Source of the DNA: Armatimonadota bacterium
GTDB taxonomy: Bacteria; Armatimonadota; HRBIN16
Assembly (NCBI GenBank): GCA_963677485.1
Contig: OY781964.1
Location: 1,536,001-1,600,000, forward strand
Direction of reading: 5' to 3'
DNA length: 64,000 bases
In this document: piece by piece, positions 10,033-19,663 of the stretch
Layout of the letters: every line of letters starts with the position of its first letter
Position numbering within the stretch: the first letter of the stretch is position 1
Translations under genes and position numbers: made by a program
The notes under the pieces: generated by a model
Databases searched by the model: none
What the model saw: only the letters and a program-made list of their open reading frames with translations
What the model was told of the DNA's origin: nothing

Positions 10033-10102
10033 GAGACACCCTCCACAAGGCCTGGATAACCATCGGCCTTGTATAGAGGATATACCAAAAGCGAGTGAAA
10101 TG

Positions 10103-10240
10103 CGTAGGGGCGATCAGCGATCGCCCATCCATCCGCCCGACGCCCGTGAATAAACGAAAGACCGCCCCGGTTAGGGAAAACCGACGCGGACATTGGCAAT
10201 AGGGTAATGCCAATCGGGAGATTGGCGTTCCCAGGGTGGT
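10103..10240. repeat. REP mosaic
   Basis: GTAGGGGCGATCAGCGATCGCCC; ACCGCCCCGGTTAGGGAAAACCG; GCCAATCGGGAGATTGGCGTTCCCAGGG (also ~23062 and inverted ~26472). Confidence 0.75.
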
Positions 10241-10312
10241 TGCAGGAACAGACCGCTCCCGTGCAGAACCTACCACTAGCGTTCCGCCAACGGCGGGGCA
10301 AGGAGTTCGAGG

Positions 10313-11977
10313 ATGAAGGTGATATTGATGATCATGGCTGCGCTCGGTATCAATGCGGCGGTCTCCGCCTCGGCATCCGTACAGTCCATACGGGTGATAC
10401 TGCCGCCACGCCCCACCGCGGTGATGAAAAACATCGTGAAGCTGTTCGCACGGCAGATAGCCTCCCGGTGTTCAGCGCAAACACGAACTGCCGGTAATTC
10501 GGAGCTGACCATCGAACTCGCCTTGAAAAGCAGCATCGGCGCGGAAGGCTTCACGATAGCCGACGCAGCACCCGACCGTATCCGCATCACCGCCAGCGAT
10601 GAGCGCGGTCTGCTCTACGGTGTGGGTAAGCTGCTGCACTGCTCACGGTTCGATCAGGGATGCTTCACACCTGGCGCATGGCGTGGCAGCTCCAAACCGG
10701 AGGGTTCCTTCCGCGCTATCTACGCCGCCACGCACTTCATGAACTACTATGAGGCCGCACCCTCTGAGGAGATCGCGGACTACCTTGCGGATCTGGCCCT
10801 CTGGGGCGCGAATACGGTGGTGGTGACCTTCCCCACCTGGGATATCAGCGGCCTTGACGACCCGCGTGCCCAAAAGAACCTGAAGCAGATCCGGCGTGCG
10901 CTGCTGGATGCCAAATCGATCGGCCTGCAGGTCGGACTCATCCAGTGCCCCAACCAGGGCTACAGCACCGCTCCTGCCAGCGTGCTGGCGACCAAATACC
11001 CGGATGACCTGGGCCGACGCGGCACCCTCGGAGTGAACTGCTGCCCCAGCAGCCCCGAAGGGCACTGCTACCTGACCAAGCTCTACGCAGAGATATATGA
11101 TGCCTGTAAGGATATTGAACTCGACTACCTGGTGCTCTGGCCCTACGACGAGGGCGGATGCGGATGCGGGCAGTGTTGGCCCTGGGGTGCGAAGGGGTTC
11201 CCGGCACTCTCCCGCGATGTCACTCGGCTGGCGCGTCAGCGGTTTCCGCACATCAAAAGTATGCTCTCCACGTGGGTCTACGACACCCCGCCCGCTGGTG
11301 AGTGGGAGGGTCTCAAAGAGTTCCTGGCTCCGGGCAACGACTGGCTGGACTACATCATGGCCGATGCGCACGAAGACTTCCCACGCTACCCGCTGGAGAA
11401 AGGCGTTCCCGGTAAACTGCCGCTGATCAACTTCCCGGAGATCAGCATGTGGGGCCGCGGCCCGTGGGGCGGATACGGCGCCAACCCTCTGCCAGGAAGG
11501 TTCCAACGGCTGTGGAACCAGACCGAGGGCAAGCTCTCAGGTGGAATGCCCTACTCCGAAGGCCTCTACGAGGATATCAACAAGATCATCTGCTTCCAGT
11601 TCTACTGGCAGAAAGATAAGTCTGCGTTGGACACCCTGCGGGAATACATCGCCTTTGAGTATTCGCCCGATGTGGTGACTGAGCTGGTCAAGGTGGTGAA
11701 GCTGATGGAGGCCAACTGGCTTCCCGCTAACATGGACGACCGCTGCCTGGAGGCTTTCAAGATCGTATCGAAGGTCGATGCCCAACTCACCCCGCAGGCA
11801 CGCTCAGCCTGGCGCTGGCGGATTTTCTATCTTCGGGCGTTACTGGATAGCGAGATGTTCCAACGGCAGGGAAAACTAGAGGGTGACGTCATGCGTGACG
11901 CCTTCCAGGAGCTCACACGGATTTACCATGCCCAAAATGCGCACACCATGTCCGTCAAACCGCCGATCATCCCGTAG
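10313..11977 (+). CDS. Secreted putative glycoside hydrolase (GH20/GH67-type N-terminal domain plus catalytic barrel)
   Basis: Signal peptide; GAEGFTI...IRITASDERGLLYGVG; LALWGAN; WPYDEGGCGC. Confidence 0.7.
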   Translation: MKVILMIMAALGINAAVSASASVQSIRVILPPRPTAVMKNIVKLFARQIASRCSAQTRTAGNSELTIELALKSSIGAEGFTIADAAPDRIRITASDERGLLYGVGKLLHCSRFDQGCFTPGAWRGSSKPEGSFRAIYAATHFMNYYEAAPSEEIADYLADLALWGANTVVVTFPTWDISGLDDPRAQKNLKQIRRALLDAKSIGLQVGLIQCPNQGYSTAPASVLATKYPDDLGRRGTLGVNCCPSSPEGHCYLTKLYAEIYDACKDIELDYLVLWPYDEGGCGCGQCWPWGAKGFPALSRDVTRLARQRFPHIKSMLSTWVYDTPPAGEWEGLKEFLAPGNDWLDYIMADAHEDFPRYPLEKGVPGKLPLINFPEISMWGRGPWGGYGANPLPGRFQRLWNQTEGKLSGGMPYSEGLYEDINKIICFQFYWQKDKSALDTLREYIAFEYSPDVVTELVKVVKLMEANWLPANMDDRCLEAFKIVSKVDAQLTPQARSAWRWRIFYLRALLDSEMFQRQGKLEGDVMRDAFQELTRIYHAQNAHTMSVKPPIIP

Positions 11978-11990
11978 GATAGCCTTGGCT

Positions 11991-12135
11991 GTCAAGTGTT
12001 GCCTAAGTCCGGGGCGGTCTGGCTACCGTCTAGCGGCTGCAGAAATCTCAAGACCGCGCCGGTCTGGCGGATAGCCATGCAGATTGGTGTCGACAGCAAG
12101 ACCGGCATGGTTAGGGAAAACCGCCCCGGACATTA
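11991..12135 (+). repeat. ~118-bp direct repeat, copy 1, followed by a REP half
   Basis: GTCAAGTGTTGCCTAAGTCCGGGGCGGTCTGGCT...GATTGGTGTCGACAGCAAGACCGGCA; near-identical copy at 13306-13421. Confidence 0.9.
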
Positions 12136-12228
12136 ATGGAACAGATACCGGGGTACCGCCCGTATAACGATAAACAGGCTTCGTAACCGGCCTGGGATCA
12201 CCAATACCCATCAAGGGAAGGCCTTGCT

Positions 12229-12693
12229 ATGAAGAAGCCAATCGTTGGATGTCTCGGCCGTCTATGTATCACCATCATGGTCATTGCGTGGGCGGTCACC
12301 TCATTGTTCCCGAACTACAGTGCCACCTTGACCTGTGGCGACGGCTTTAGATACAGTTATGGTTTGCCATACAGTAACGGGGATTCGATATTGCCTGAGC
12401 ACCAAATGTTGGAGAACTGGAAAGATGAATCTGATGTTAAGAATATATTCGCCCACGACATGTATGTTTCACAATACCGCTGTCTCAAAAACGCGCTGAT
12501 TGGTGTGGGTTTCAGGGGGTATTTCCTATACGACAACGCCACAAAAACATGCTATCTTACGACGGACTACAACCGCTGGTGCAGTATCCTGCGAAAACAC
12601 CACATCCCCACTACGACGACTATGTATCCAACCCCAATCCGCGGTTATTACAAGGCGTTGGGCTGGTTAGGTTACCAGGAGGGTGTTGAATGA
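12229..12693 (+). CDS. Small membrane-anchored protein (DUF3997-like, tentative), AT-rich
   Basis: N-terminal TM helix; LIG...GYFLYD.AT...Y; ends in YKALGWLGYQ. Confidence 0.6.
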   Translation: MKKPIVGCLGRLCITIMVIAWAVTSLFPNYSATLTCGDGFRYSYGLPYSNGDSILPEHQMLENWKDESDVKNIFAHDMYVSQYRCLKNALIGVGFRGYFLYDNATKTCYLTTDYNRWCSILRKHHIPTTTTMYPTPIRGYYKALGWLGYQEGVE

Positions 12694-13211
12694 AAAGCCT
12701 CAGTGACAAAGTGTTGGTTACCGCTTTTGTGTTTTGGCTGCTGCTGTTCGTATTACCCCTGCCGTCACTTACCGGGATGCGAAGCCGCCTATATAGTATG
12801 ATGTTCGCTGGTGGTGTCACCGACTTCATGGCAACACCATCTGGAGATAGGTTCCGCGTAGAAGCGAACGGCATAATATACGCCGCATGTCCACAGACAT
12901 ACAACTACTCATTGTCTCAAGACAAGGTCAATGACGATGACGCTCGTCTATATAAATCATCTTGGTATCAAGGCGAATATGTAATGGACGCGACAAGTTT
13001 TCGCGTGGTGAAGGGCGGTATCATAGGCCAGACCGAAACTGGGTACTACATCATCAACACCGCGAAACGGATGGTGTATATCAACCTGGAGCTGCCCGAA
13101 TGGCGGAGGATGCTCGCGCAAATGGGTGTATCTGCGAACATACAATGCCACCCGCTTCCGCTTCGTGTTGACTATGCATGCCGCGGTTGGCTTAGCTACC
13201 AGCCAGATTAG
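12690..13211 (+). CDS. Paralog of 12229-12693, translationally coupled
   Basis: ATGA overlap; IIG...GYYIINTA...Y; ends in YACRGWLSYQ. Confidence 0.6.
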   Translation: MKSLSDKVLVTAFVFWLLLFVLPLPSLTGMRSRLYSMMFAGGVTDFMATPSGDRFRVEANGIIYAACPQTYNYSLSQDKVNDDDARLYKSSWYQGEYVMDATSFRVVKGGIIGQTETGYYIINTAKRMVYINLELPEWRRMLAQMGVSANIQCHPLPLRVDYACRGWLSYQPD

Positions 13212-13277
13212 GTGCGGTCAGTGCCTGCACGTACTGGCTATACCGTAAAATGACAGCCGTTGCTGTCACCATCTCTC

Positions 13278-13572
13278 CGTAGGGATGCCTCTTGTGGGTA
13301 TCCGCGTCAAGCGTTGCCTATGTCCGGGGCGGTCTGGCTGCTGTCTAGCGGTTGCAGAAATCTCAAGACCGCGCCGGTCTGGCGGATAGCCACGTAGATT
13401 GGTGTCGACAGCAAGACCGGCACCCAAGTTGACGGTTGACAACATACGGATTTCGTAGGGATGCCCCTTGTGGGCATCCGCAAATATGGTTGGATACAAT
13501 CTAGTTTCCCAGTACGGGGTAACAGATCAGTATCGACGCGTGGTTGCGGACGGCCACAAGGGCCGTCCCTAC
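13278..13572. repeat. GTAG REPs plus copy 2 of the ~118-bp repeat (13306-13421)
   Basis: GTAGGGATGCCTCTTGTGGGTATCCGC, GTAGGGATGCCCCTTGTGGGCATCCGC and inverted GCGGACGGCCACAAGGGCCGTCCCTAC. Confidence 0.85.
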
Positions 13573-13628
13573 GAAGACTCCGCCAAAGCCCACAATGTCA
13601 GAGGACGGGGCGTTCGGAAATTCGGCCC

Positions 13629-16600
13629 TTACCTGCCGTCACTCACGCTGCCGGTGCGCTCCAGCTTGTTCCAGCCGGTGCGCAGGCCGTTCAGCGCATG
13701 CCACACGCTCTTGATCACCACCCCATACAGCATCTGCCGGTAGGCCAGCCTCTGGAAGGGGATCAGCCACACAATGCCCGTGCGCTGCTTATCCCATCGC
13801 ATTGCCAGCACACCGGCTATCATCTCAAACGCCAGGAAACCAAGCCCCAGCACCATCAGCACCTCTAGCTGGTATCTGGCGGCGGGCATCAAACCCCAAC
13901 CACCGCGCAGAACATGCATGCTCCACCAGTCGCTGCCAATCCAAACCAGGCTGAGCAGGATCGAGATATCCACCAACGGACTGAACAGCTGATAGCCGAT
14001 CTGGAACACCCAGTGCATGGGCAGCACAAACCGACCAAACATGCCGTAGTGCCCGACCGCCCTGCGATGCTTCCACAGGCATTGAAGGGTGCCATATGCC
14101 CATCGGAACCGCTGCCGGAAGAGGGCTGTTATCTGCTCGGGAGCCTCCGTCAGGCCTATCGCTTTGCATTCGTTGATGATCAGGTAGCCCGCCATCCGCA
14201 CACGCCAGGTGAGGTCCATATCCTCAGCCATCGTATCGGCCACATATCCGCCGACCTGTGCGATCACGGAAGTTCGCCAGGCACCAATCGCTCCAGGTAC
14301 TACGGTGATGGCGTTCACCGCCGACCAGGCGCGGCGCTCCAGATTCTGCCCGGTGGTGTACTCCAGATGCTGCCAGGCTGTCCAGATATTCCGCACATTG
14401 CCTACGCGCACATTGCCTGCCACAGCACCCACCTTCGGGTCAGCGAAATGAGGCACCATCAGGCCGATCGCATCCGGCTCCACCAATGTGTCCGCATCGA
14501 TCGAGACCATTACCTCAGATTCGCACCGTGTGATCGCATAATTCAGTGCCACGGCTTTGCCGCCGTTAGGCTGGCTGAGCACGATCAGTGACGGAATATG
14601 TTCGGCTAGCTCATTCAACCTTTGCAAAGTGCCATCGGTGGAGCCGTCATCCACCACGATGATCTGCTTTACGGGATAGATGGACTGTGCGATGGCCTTG
14701 ACGGTGCGGGTAATCACCGTCTCCTCGTTGAAAGCAGCCACCACCACGCTCACTCCGATATCGACCTTCGGTATATCTGGTCTGGCGTGCTCGCGTCGAC
14801 GCTGAATAGTCGCGAATATCAACAGCATCAACAACCGTATCGCGCCGAACATGATACCCAGTATAAATACGGTGTGGACCACCCAGGTGCTGATGTAATT
14901 CACTGTGAACACCATGCGGTCTGTGCCCATGAGGCGGGCATCGCGTCCGTACACCGCCGGCATGATGGCCTCACGTGGAAGGCCCAGCAGTTGCGATGCG
15001 GTGATAAAGCGGAACCCTTCCGCCTTAAGCTTCGGCAATATGATACCCAGTGCCTTCACCGTGTTTTCACGGTTACCACCACCATCGTGAAGCAAAATCG
15101 TGTTGCCTTTGCCGCTGCGAATGGATGACATCATGATGGAGGCGATGTCCTCCGGCGTGCGTCGGGTGTGACCAGCCACTGCGGAGGATATGCTCGGGTT
15201 CCAGTCTTGGGGGTCGATGAACTCACCCACGGTGATGTAGCCGCTACGGTAAGCCTCCATGATGGGCCGAACCTCTTCAGGCCGGTGCGGCTCAGCGTCC
15301 GCATTATATGGCGGCCGGAAGAGGATCGTATCATGGTTGGTGACCGCCTGGATGATTCGCTGCGTAGCGTTCAACTCCAACCGCGCGCGTGCGTCGCTCA
15401 CAAGTCCCATGTTAGGATGGGTAAAGGTGTGGTTGCCGATTTCGTGCCCATCCTTCCAGGCCCGCTTCAGCAGGTCTGGATACATCTCGGCGTTACCACC
15501 GATCACAAAGAAGGTGGCCGGCACTTTATACTTTTTTAGTATGTCCAAAATGGGGCCGGTATACTCGCTTGGACCATCATCGAAGGTGATCGCCACGGCA
15601 TGTTTTTGCAGCCCGGATCGACGGAGAACCGTAGACGAGGGGAACTCCACATACTCCTCATCGGTGATCATCCCGCTATCGGGATCATAATCGATGCTCC
15701 GACGTCCTTTGTGCGGCTCCGATTCCGGCTGGAGCACTTCACCATCACCCACAAACTGCACATCATCTGGTGCAGAAATAGTCTCAAGAAGAGGAGCTGG
15801 CCCGATCACAGCCATATCACGCGATACCTGGCTCCACATCGAAGGGTCTTCCAAGCCCAGTACCCAGAACGCGACGCCACCCAGACGCAGCCTTTTCGCC
15901 ATCACCATCTGGTTTCGTGCCGACACCGCGTCCTGCATCCAGACCTCATGCGGAGTGCCATCCTGACTGCGGTAATCAAATGTGGAGTTCATGCTGGTTG
16001 GGTCGAAATCCACCACAGACTGGCGGTTGTCGCTGGCATCTCTGGCCAATGCCACCGCCTGCATGTAACTTAGTGCTTCGGCAGTTCCGCCATCCAGCGG
16101 CCAGTCATAGGTGTAACAGCCGATTCCCATGATCAGTTTCTCAGGAGGGATCACATGCATGGCTTGCTTGGTAAGCTGGGTGGCCCACGGGAGTGGGGCC
16201 ACCGGGCCGGGTTTACCACCCGCAAAGTGGTAGTCATAGGCCATCACGATGATATTATCCACCCAGGGGATCAGCCCCGGAAGACTGCGGTCACTCAGCA
16301 CCGTCGATTCAATATCCATCGATATTCCAAATCCGGCAGCATGCAGTTGCTGTGATAGCGATCTGACGAAAGCGGCATATAAAACTCGGTCGTTGGGGTT
16401 CAAATTCTCAAAGTCAAGGTTCAAGCCGTTATAGTGCTCGGTCTTCAGCCACGTCAACAAACGTCCGGTTAAGGCCTGTTGTGCCGCCTGATTATGCAAA
16501 AGCATGGACACCCGTTTGGGGTCAAAGTGTCCCCCTTCGCTGTTGCTTAACACGGGGTAGATATCCACATCATGCGCGTGGGCGATACGCTCGAGGTCAG

Positions 16601-17075
16601 TGCGCTGTGGATTATACTCTAGCTGCCAGTCGCGCGTATCGATGCTGCGGCCATCGGTCGAGAGGCGCAGCCACACCGGCATCACGATATCGAGACGGTC
16701 TGCGTTCCGCTGCAGCGAGTAGAGACCGGCCTCCTGCCACGGTGCATAGAACGCGGCCACAATCGGGTGAGTTCCCGCAGGACGCACCCTGCGGATGATC
16801 TTGCGCTCCTCATTGATGGCCCGAATCAAGTTACTCCGTTCGAGCGACATCTGATATCTTCGGATGAGCTGCCTTTGGGTGCGTGAAGGCTGCGAGTTAT
16901 GCAGGTAACTGACAGAGGGGTGAAGCACCAACTTCGGCAAATATGGGCTGATGTACAGACTATAGGTAAATCCTGCGCCTATCACCAAAGCAATTACCAG
17001 CAGCACCCACAATGCGATGCGGATTTTCCGGCTCCGGTCCTGGTTCGGGTCGTAGAATACTGGATTTCGGGCCAT
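13629..17075 (-). CDS. GH18-like / polysaccharide deacetylase (CE4) / GT2 processive glycosyltransferase fusion (PgaC/IcaA-like)
   Basis: GLNLDFE and VMAYDYH (GH18-like); TFDDGP, HTFTHP, FRPPY, LLHD (CE4); VDDGSTD, GGKA, DAD, AED, QRFRWAYG (GT2). Confidence 0.9.
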   Translation of the reverse strand: MARNPVFYDPNQDRSRKIRIALWVLLVIALVIGAGFTYSLYISPYLPKLVLHPSVSYLHNSQPSRTQRQLIRRYQMSLERSNLIRAINEERKIIRRVRPAGTHPIVAAFYAPWQEAGLYSLQRNADRLDIVMPVWLRLSTDGRSIDTRDWQLEYNPQRTDLERIAHAHDVDIYPVLSNSEGGHFDPKRVSMLLHNQAAQQALTGRLLTWLKTEHYNGLNLDFENLNPNDRVLYAAFVRSLSQQLHAAGFGISMDIESTVLSDRSLPGLIPWVDNIIVMAYDYHFAGGKPGPVAPLPWATQLTKQAMHVIPPEKLIMGIGCYTYDWPLDGGTAEALSYMQAVALARDASDNRQSVVDFDPTSMNSTFDYRSQDGTPHEVWMQDAVSARNQMVMAKRLRLGGVAFWVLGLEDPSMWSQVSRDMAVIGPAPLLETISAPDDVQFVGDGEVLQPESEPHKGRRSIDYDPDSGMITDEEYVEFPSSTVLRRSGLQKHAVAITFDDGPSEYTGPILDILKKYKVPATFFVIGGNAEMYPDLLKRAWKDGHEIGNHTFTHPNMGLVSDARARLELNATQRIIQAVTNHDTILFRPPYNADAEPHRPEEVRPIMEAYRSGYITVGEFIDPQDWNPSISSAVAGHTRRTPEDIASIMMSSIRSGKGNTILLHDGGGNRENTVKALGIILPKLKAEGFRFITASQLLGLPREAIMPAVYGRDARLMGTDRMVFTVNYISTWVVHTVFILGIMFGAIRLLMLLIFATIQRRREHARPDIPKVDIGVSVVVAAFNEETVITRTVKAIAQSIYPVKQIIVVDDGSTDGTLQRLNELAEHIPSLIVLSQPNGGKAVALNYAITRCESEVMVSIDADTLVEPDAIGLMVPHFADPKVGAVAGNVRVGNVRNIWTAWQHLEYTTGQNLERRAWSAVNAITVVPGAIGAWRTSVIAQVGGYVADTMAEDMDLTWRVRMAGYLIINECKAIGLTEAPEQITALFRQRFRWAYGTLQCLWKHRRAVGHYGMFGRFVLPMHWVFQIGYQLFSPLVDISILLSLVWIGSDWWSMHVLRGGWGLMPAARYQLEVLMVLGLGFLAFEMIAGVLAMRWDKQRTGIVWLIPFQRLAYRQMLYGVVIKSVWHALNGLRTGWNKLERTGSVSDGR

Positions 17076-17228
17076 ATCTCACCTCTGGCGAGTCACATTA
17101 CGATATGTATAATACGTAGGCATGTTGTGGTGTTGTCACATCAGTTATTATAGATCAGAGTGAGTCACAGATCAGTGATCGTTCTGAAAATACCGACCAA
17201 AGACTCATCAAGTAAATGGGATTGCCAA

Positions 17229-19391
17229 ATGTTTATATTTGCTATATTGATGATCGCACTTCTGCTGGGGCTTCTCACTCCAGCAACTGCTCATGCAAAA
17301 ACACTCAAGCTGAGCTTTGCCTGTCTGGCAGAGAATGATCTGTATGCGGCTCTGCGAAAGTCAGGATACCGGTGCCCACGATATGACTCCCCCGCCATGG
17401 CGATCGACCGCGCCAAGCCCGGTTCCGCGGTGCTGATCCTGGCTGACGGCTACCCCGCCACGCCTACCAGACTCGACGCAGCACAGTTCGATCAAGCAAC
17501 CGCTAAGGGGCTGAGACTCTACATCGAATACTCTCAGACCATACCCAATTTGGAACTCGGTACCCCGCTCACCACCGTATGGGAGCGAGGCGCGGTAGCT
17601 TCGGACAAATTCGGCAGCTCGTTGATGAAAGGGCGGATCCTCGCCATCCAAGGCTGCCACTATCTGCCCGTGAAGGCGGAAACGACGCTGATCGTGATCG
17701 CCCGGCTGGCCGGATTCGATACCGCCGTATACGGGATACCACCGAATGCATCGCCCATTTTGTTCGAGATACCGGAACGCAAGCTCATCATCGCCACCAC
17801 CAAACTCAGCGGATATATCACCGGCCGGTATGCCCCCAGCGAGGCATGGCAAACCATCTGGCAGCGGGTGCTTGCGATGCTGGACCCTGATGCCCCGCCG
17901 GTATCGCTGAACTGGGAGCCGACGGTCGAACCAACCTACAGCCTCAATCAAAAGATGGCACAGGACGCAGAGCAGCTCTCCCTGCACGCCAGTGCGAAAT
18001 GGCTGCGGGAATCCAGACTGCTCATTCATCCCTCTCGTCAGCCTATGATCCACAAGCTGTTGGCTGTCAACTCCCCCGACACCCTGCCAGTACCGAAACC
18101 AAATGAGCCCGCGGGCGACGGCTCCTGCGGCATATTGGAGGGATACGCCTCCGCAGTCAATTGGGACGGCAGTCAGAACCAGTTCACAGCCATACGTGCC
18201 GACTGCAACGCGGAATCCGCGATGGTGCTGGCGATGGACTGGATGGTCCACAAGAACACCAAGAGTAAACAGGTTGCGACTAACCTGACCGACTTCGTGT
18301 ATTTCAACTCCGGCCTATGCAAGGGTCCCAGAGGCAACCCTCGGCACCCGGCATATGGGCTGATTGCGTGGGGTGATATCTCTCCAGCCTGGCTGGTGGG
18401 CAACTATGGGGACGACTGTGCGCGCACGATGCTGGGCACGATACTGAGTTCCGCCTGCCTGCGCTCTGAGCGTTGGGAGGTTCCACTGCTGAGGGCTCTG
18501 CTGGCCAACCTCAGAACCACCGGTCCGCAAGGCTTCCGTGGTGACCGCGTCGACATCGGGCCGTTGGAGCAGTATGGCTGGAGATACTTCCACGATACGC
18601 CCCGCACCAACTACGCGCCGCACTTTGAGGCCTACCTCTGGGCGTGTTACCTGTGGGCTTTCCATCAGACGGGCTACCCGGAGTTCCTGGAGCGCGCACG
18701 CACAGCCATCAAATTGACCGTAGAGGCGTATCCCGATGGCTGGCGCTGGGGCGACAGCATGGAGCGGGCCCGCATGCTGCTGCCGCTGGCCTGGCTGATC
18801 CGAGTGGACGACACCGCGGAGCACCGAAGCTGGCTGCGGCGGATCGCCGACGATCTGCTGAAGAACCAGGCGGCCTGTGGCGCACTGCGGGAGGTCATCA
18901 ACGCATCGGGCGGGGGCGGCCACTATTTCGCGCCCCAGTCCAACGAGGCATATGGCACCGGAGAGACGCCGCTCATTCAAGAGAACGGAGATTGCGCCAG
19001 CGATCAGCTCTATACCGCAGGGTTTGCGATGATCGGGCTTCACGAAGGCTTCGCGGCCACGGGCGATACGGTGCTCAAGCAGGCCGAGGACCGCCTGGCG
19101 GACTATCTGGTGCGGATTCAAGTCCATGCACCGAAGCATTCATACCTTGACGGCACATGGTTCCGCGCTTTCGACTATAAGCGATGGGACTACTGGGCCA
19201 GTTCAGGCGATGCAGGCTGGGGTGCCTGGAGTGCAGAGGCCGGCTGGGCGCAGGCCTGGACCGCCATCACACTGGGGCTGCGCGTGCAAAACACCTCATT
19301 CTGGACGATGACGGCTGATGTGAACATGGCTCAGCACTTTCGGGATGTGAGTAGGGATCTATCCCAAACACCCGACGGGCCGTTCAAGTAG
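17229..19391 (+). CDS. Secreted protein with probable (alpha/alpha)-barrel glycosidase-like C-terminal domain
   Basis: Signal peptide ending AHA; Trp-rich helical repeats; RADCNAE, YGDD, DQLY. Start placed at in-frame ATG 17229. Confidence 0.6.
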   Translation: MFIFAILMIALLLGLLTPATAHAKTLKLSFACLAENDLYAALRKSGYRCPRYDSPAMAIDRAKPGSAVLILADGYPATPTRLDAAQFDQATAKGLRLYIEYSQTIPNLELGTPLTTVWERGAVASDKFGSSLMKGRILAIQGCHYLPVKAETTLIVIARLAGFDTAVYGIPPNASPILFEIPERKLIIATTKLSGYITGRYAPSEAWQTIWQRVLAMLDPDAPPVSLNWEPTVEPTYSLNQKMAQDAEQLSLHASAKWLRESRLLIHPSRQPMIHKLLAVNSPDTLPVPKPNEPAGDGSCGILEGYASAVNWDGSQNQFTAIRADCNAESAMVLAMDWMVHKNTKSKQVATNLTDFVYFNSGLCKGPRGNPRHPAYGLIAWGDISPAWLVGNYGDDCARTMLGTILSSACLRSERWEVPLLRALLANLRTTGPQGFRGDRVDIGPLEQYGWRYFHDTPRTNYAPHFEAYLWACYLWAFHQTGYPEFLERARTAIKLTVEAYPDGWRWGDSMERARMLLPLAWLIRVDDTAEHRSWLRRIADDLLKNQAACGALREVINASGGGGHYFAPQSNEAYGTGETPLIQENGDCASDQLYTAGFAMIGLHEGFAATGDTVLKQAEDRLADYLVRIQVHAPKHSYLDGTWFRAFDYKRWDYWASSGDAGWGAWSAEAGWAQAWTAITLGLRVQNTSFWTMTADVNMAQHFRDVSRDLSQTPDGPFK

Positions 19392-19400
19392 GGGAGTATA

Positions 19401-19635
19401 TCTCACGCGAAGACGCGAAGGCGCGAAGGTATACGCGGATTTTCTTTTAACCACGGATGGACACAGATGAACGCGGATGGTCGGAACTCAACGCAAAGAC
19501 GCAGAGGGGCAAAGGACGCAAAGATGCCTTTCCATCCGAACCTATCTGTGTCATCCGCGTAATCCGTGGTTCAGACAATTCGCTAGCGCATTCACAACCC
19601 TCTGCGCCTTTGCACCTTGGCGTCTTTGCGTTGGA
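19401..19635. repeat. Mosaic of periodic repeats between convergent genes
   Basis: CTCACGCGAAGACGCGAAGG; AACCACGGATGGACACAGATGAACGCGGAT; CAACGCAAAGACGCAGAGGGGCAAAGG with an inverted partner at ~19600-19634; ATCTGTGTCATCCGCGTAATCCGTGGTTCAGAC. Confidence 0.85.
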
Positions 19636-19663
19636 TCCCGTCCCCATCCAAACCGTAGTTCCC

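Noticed and set aside
11991-13421. Integron attC sites
   Set aside because: No RYYYAAC...GTTRRRY boundaries and no integrase; kept as generic direct repeats.
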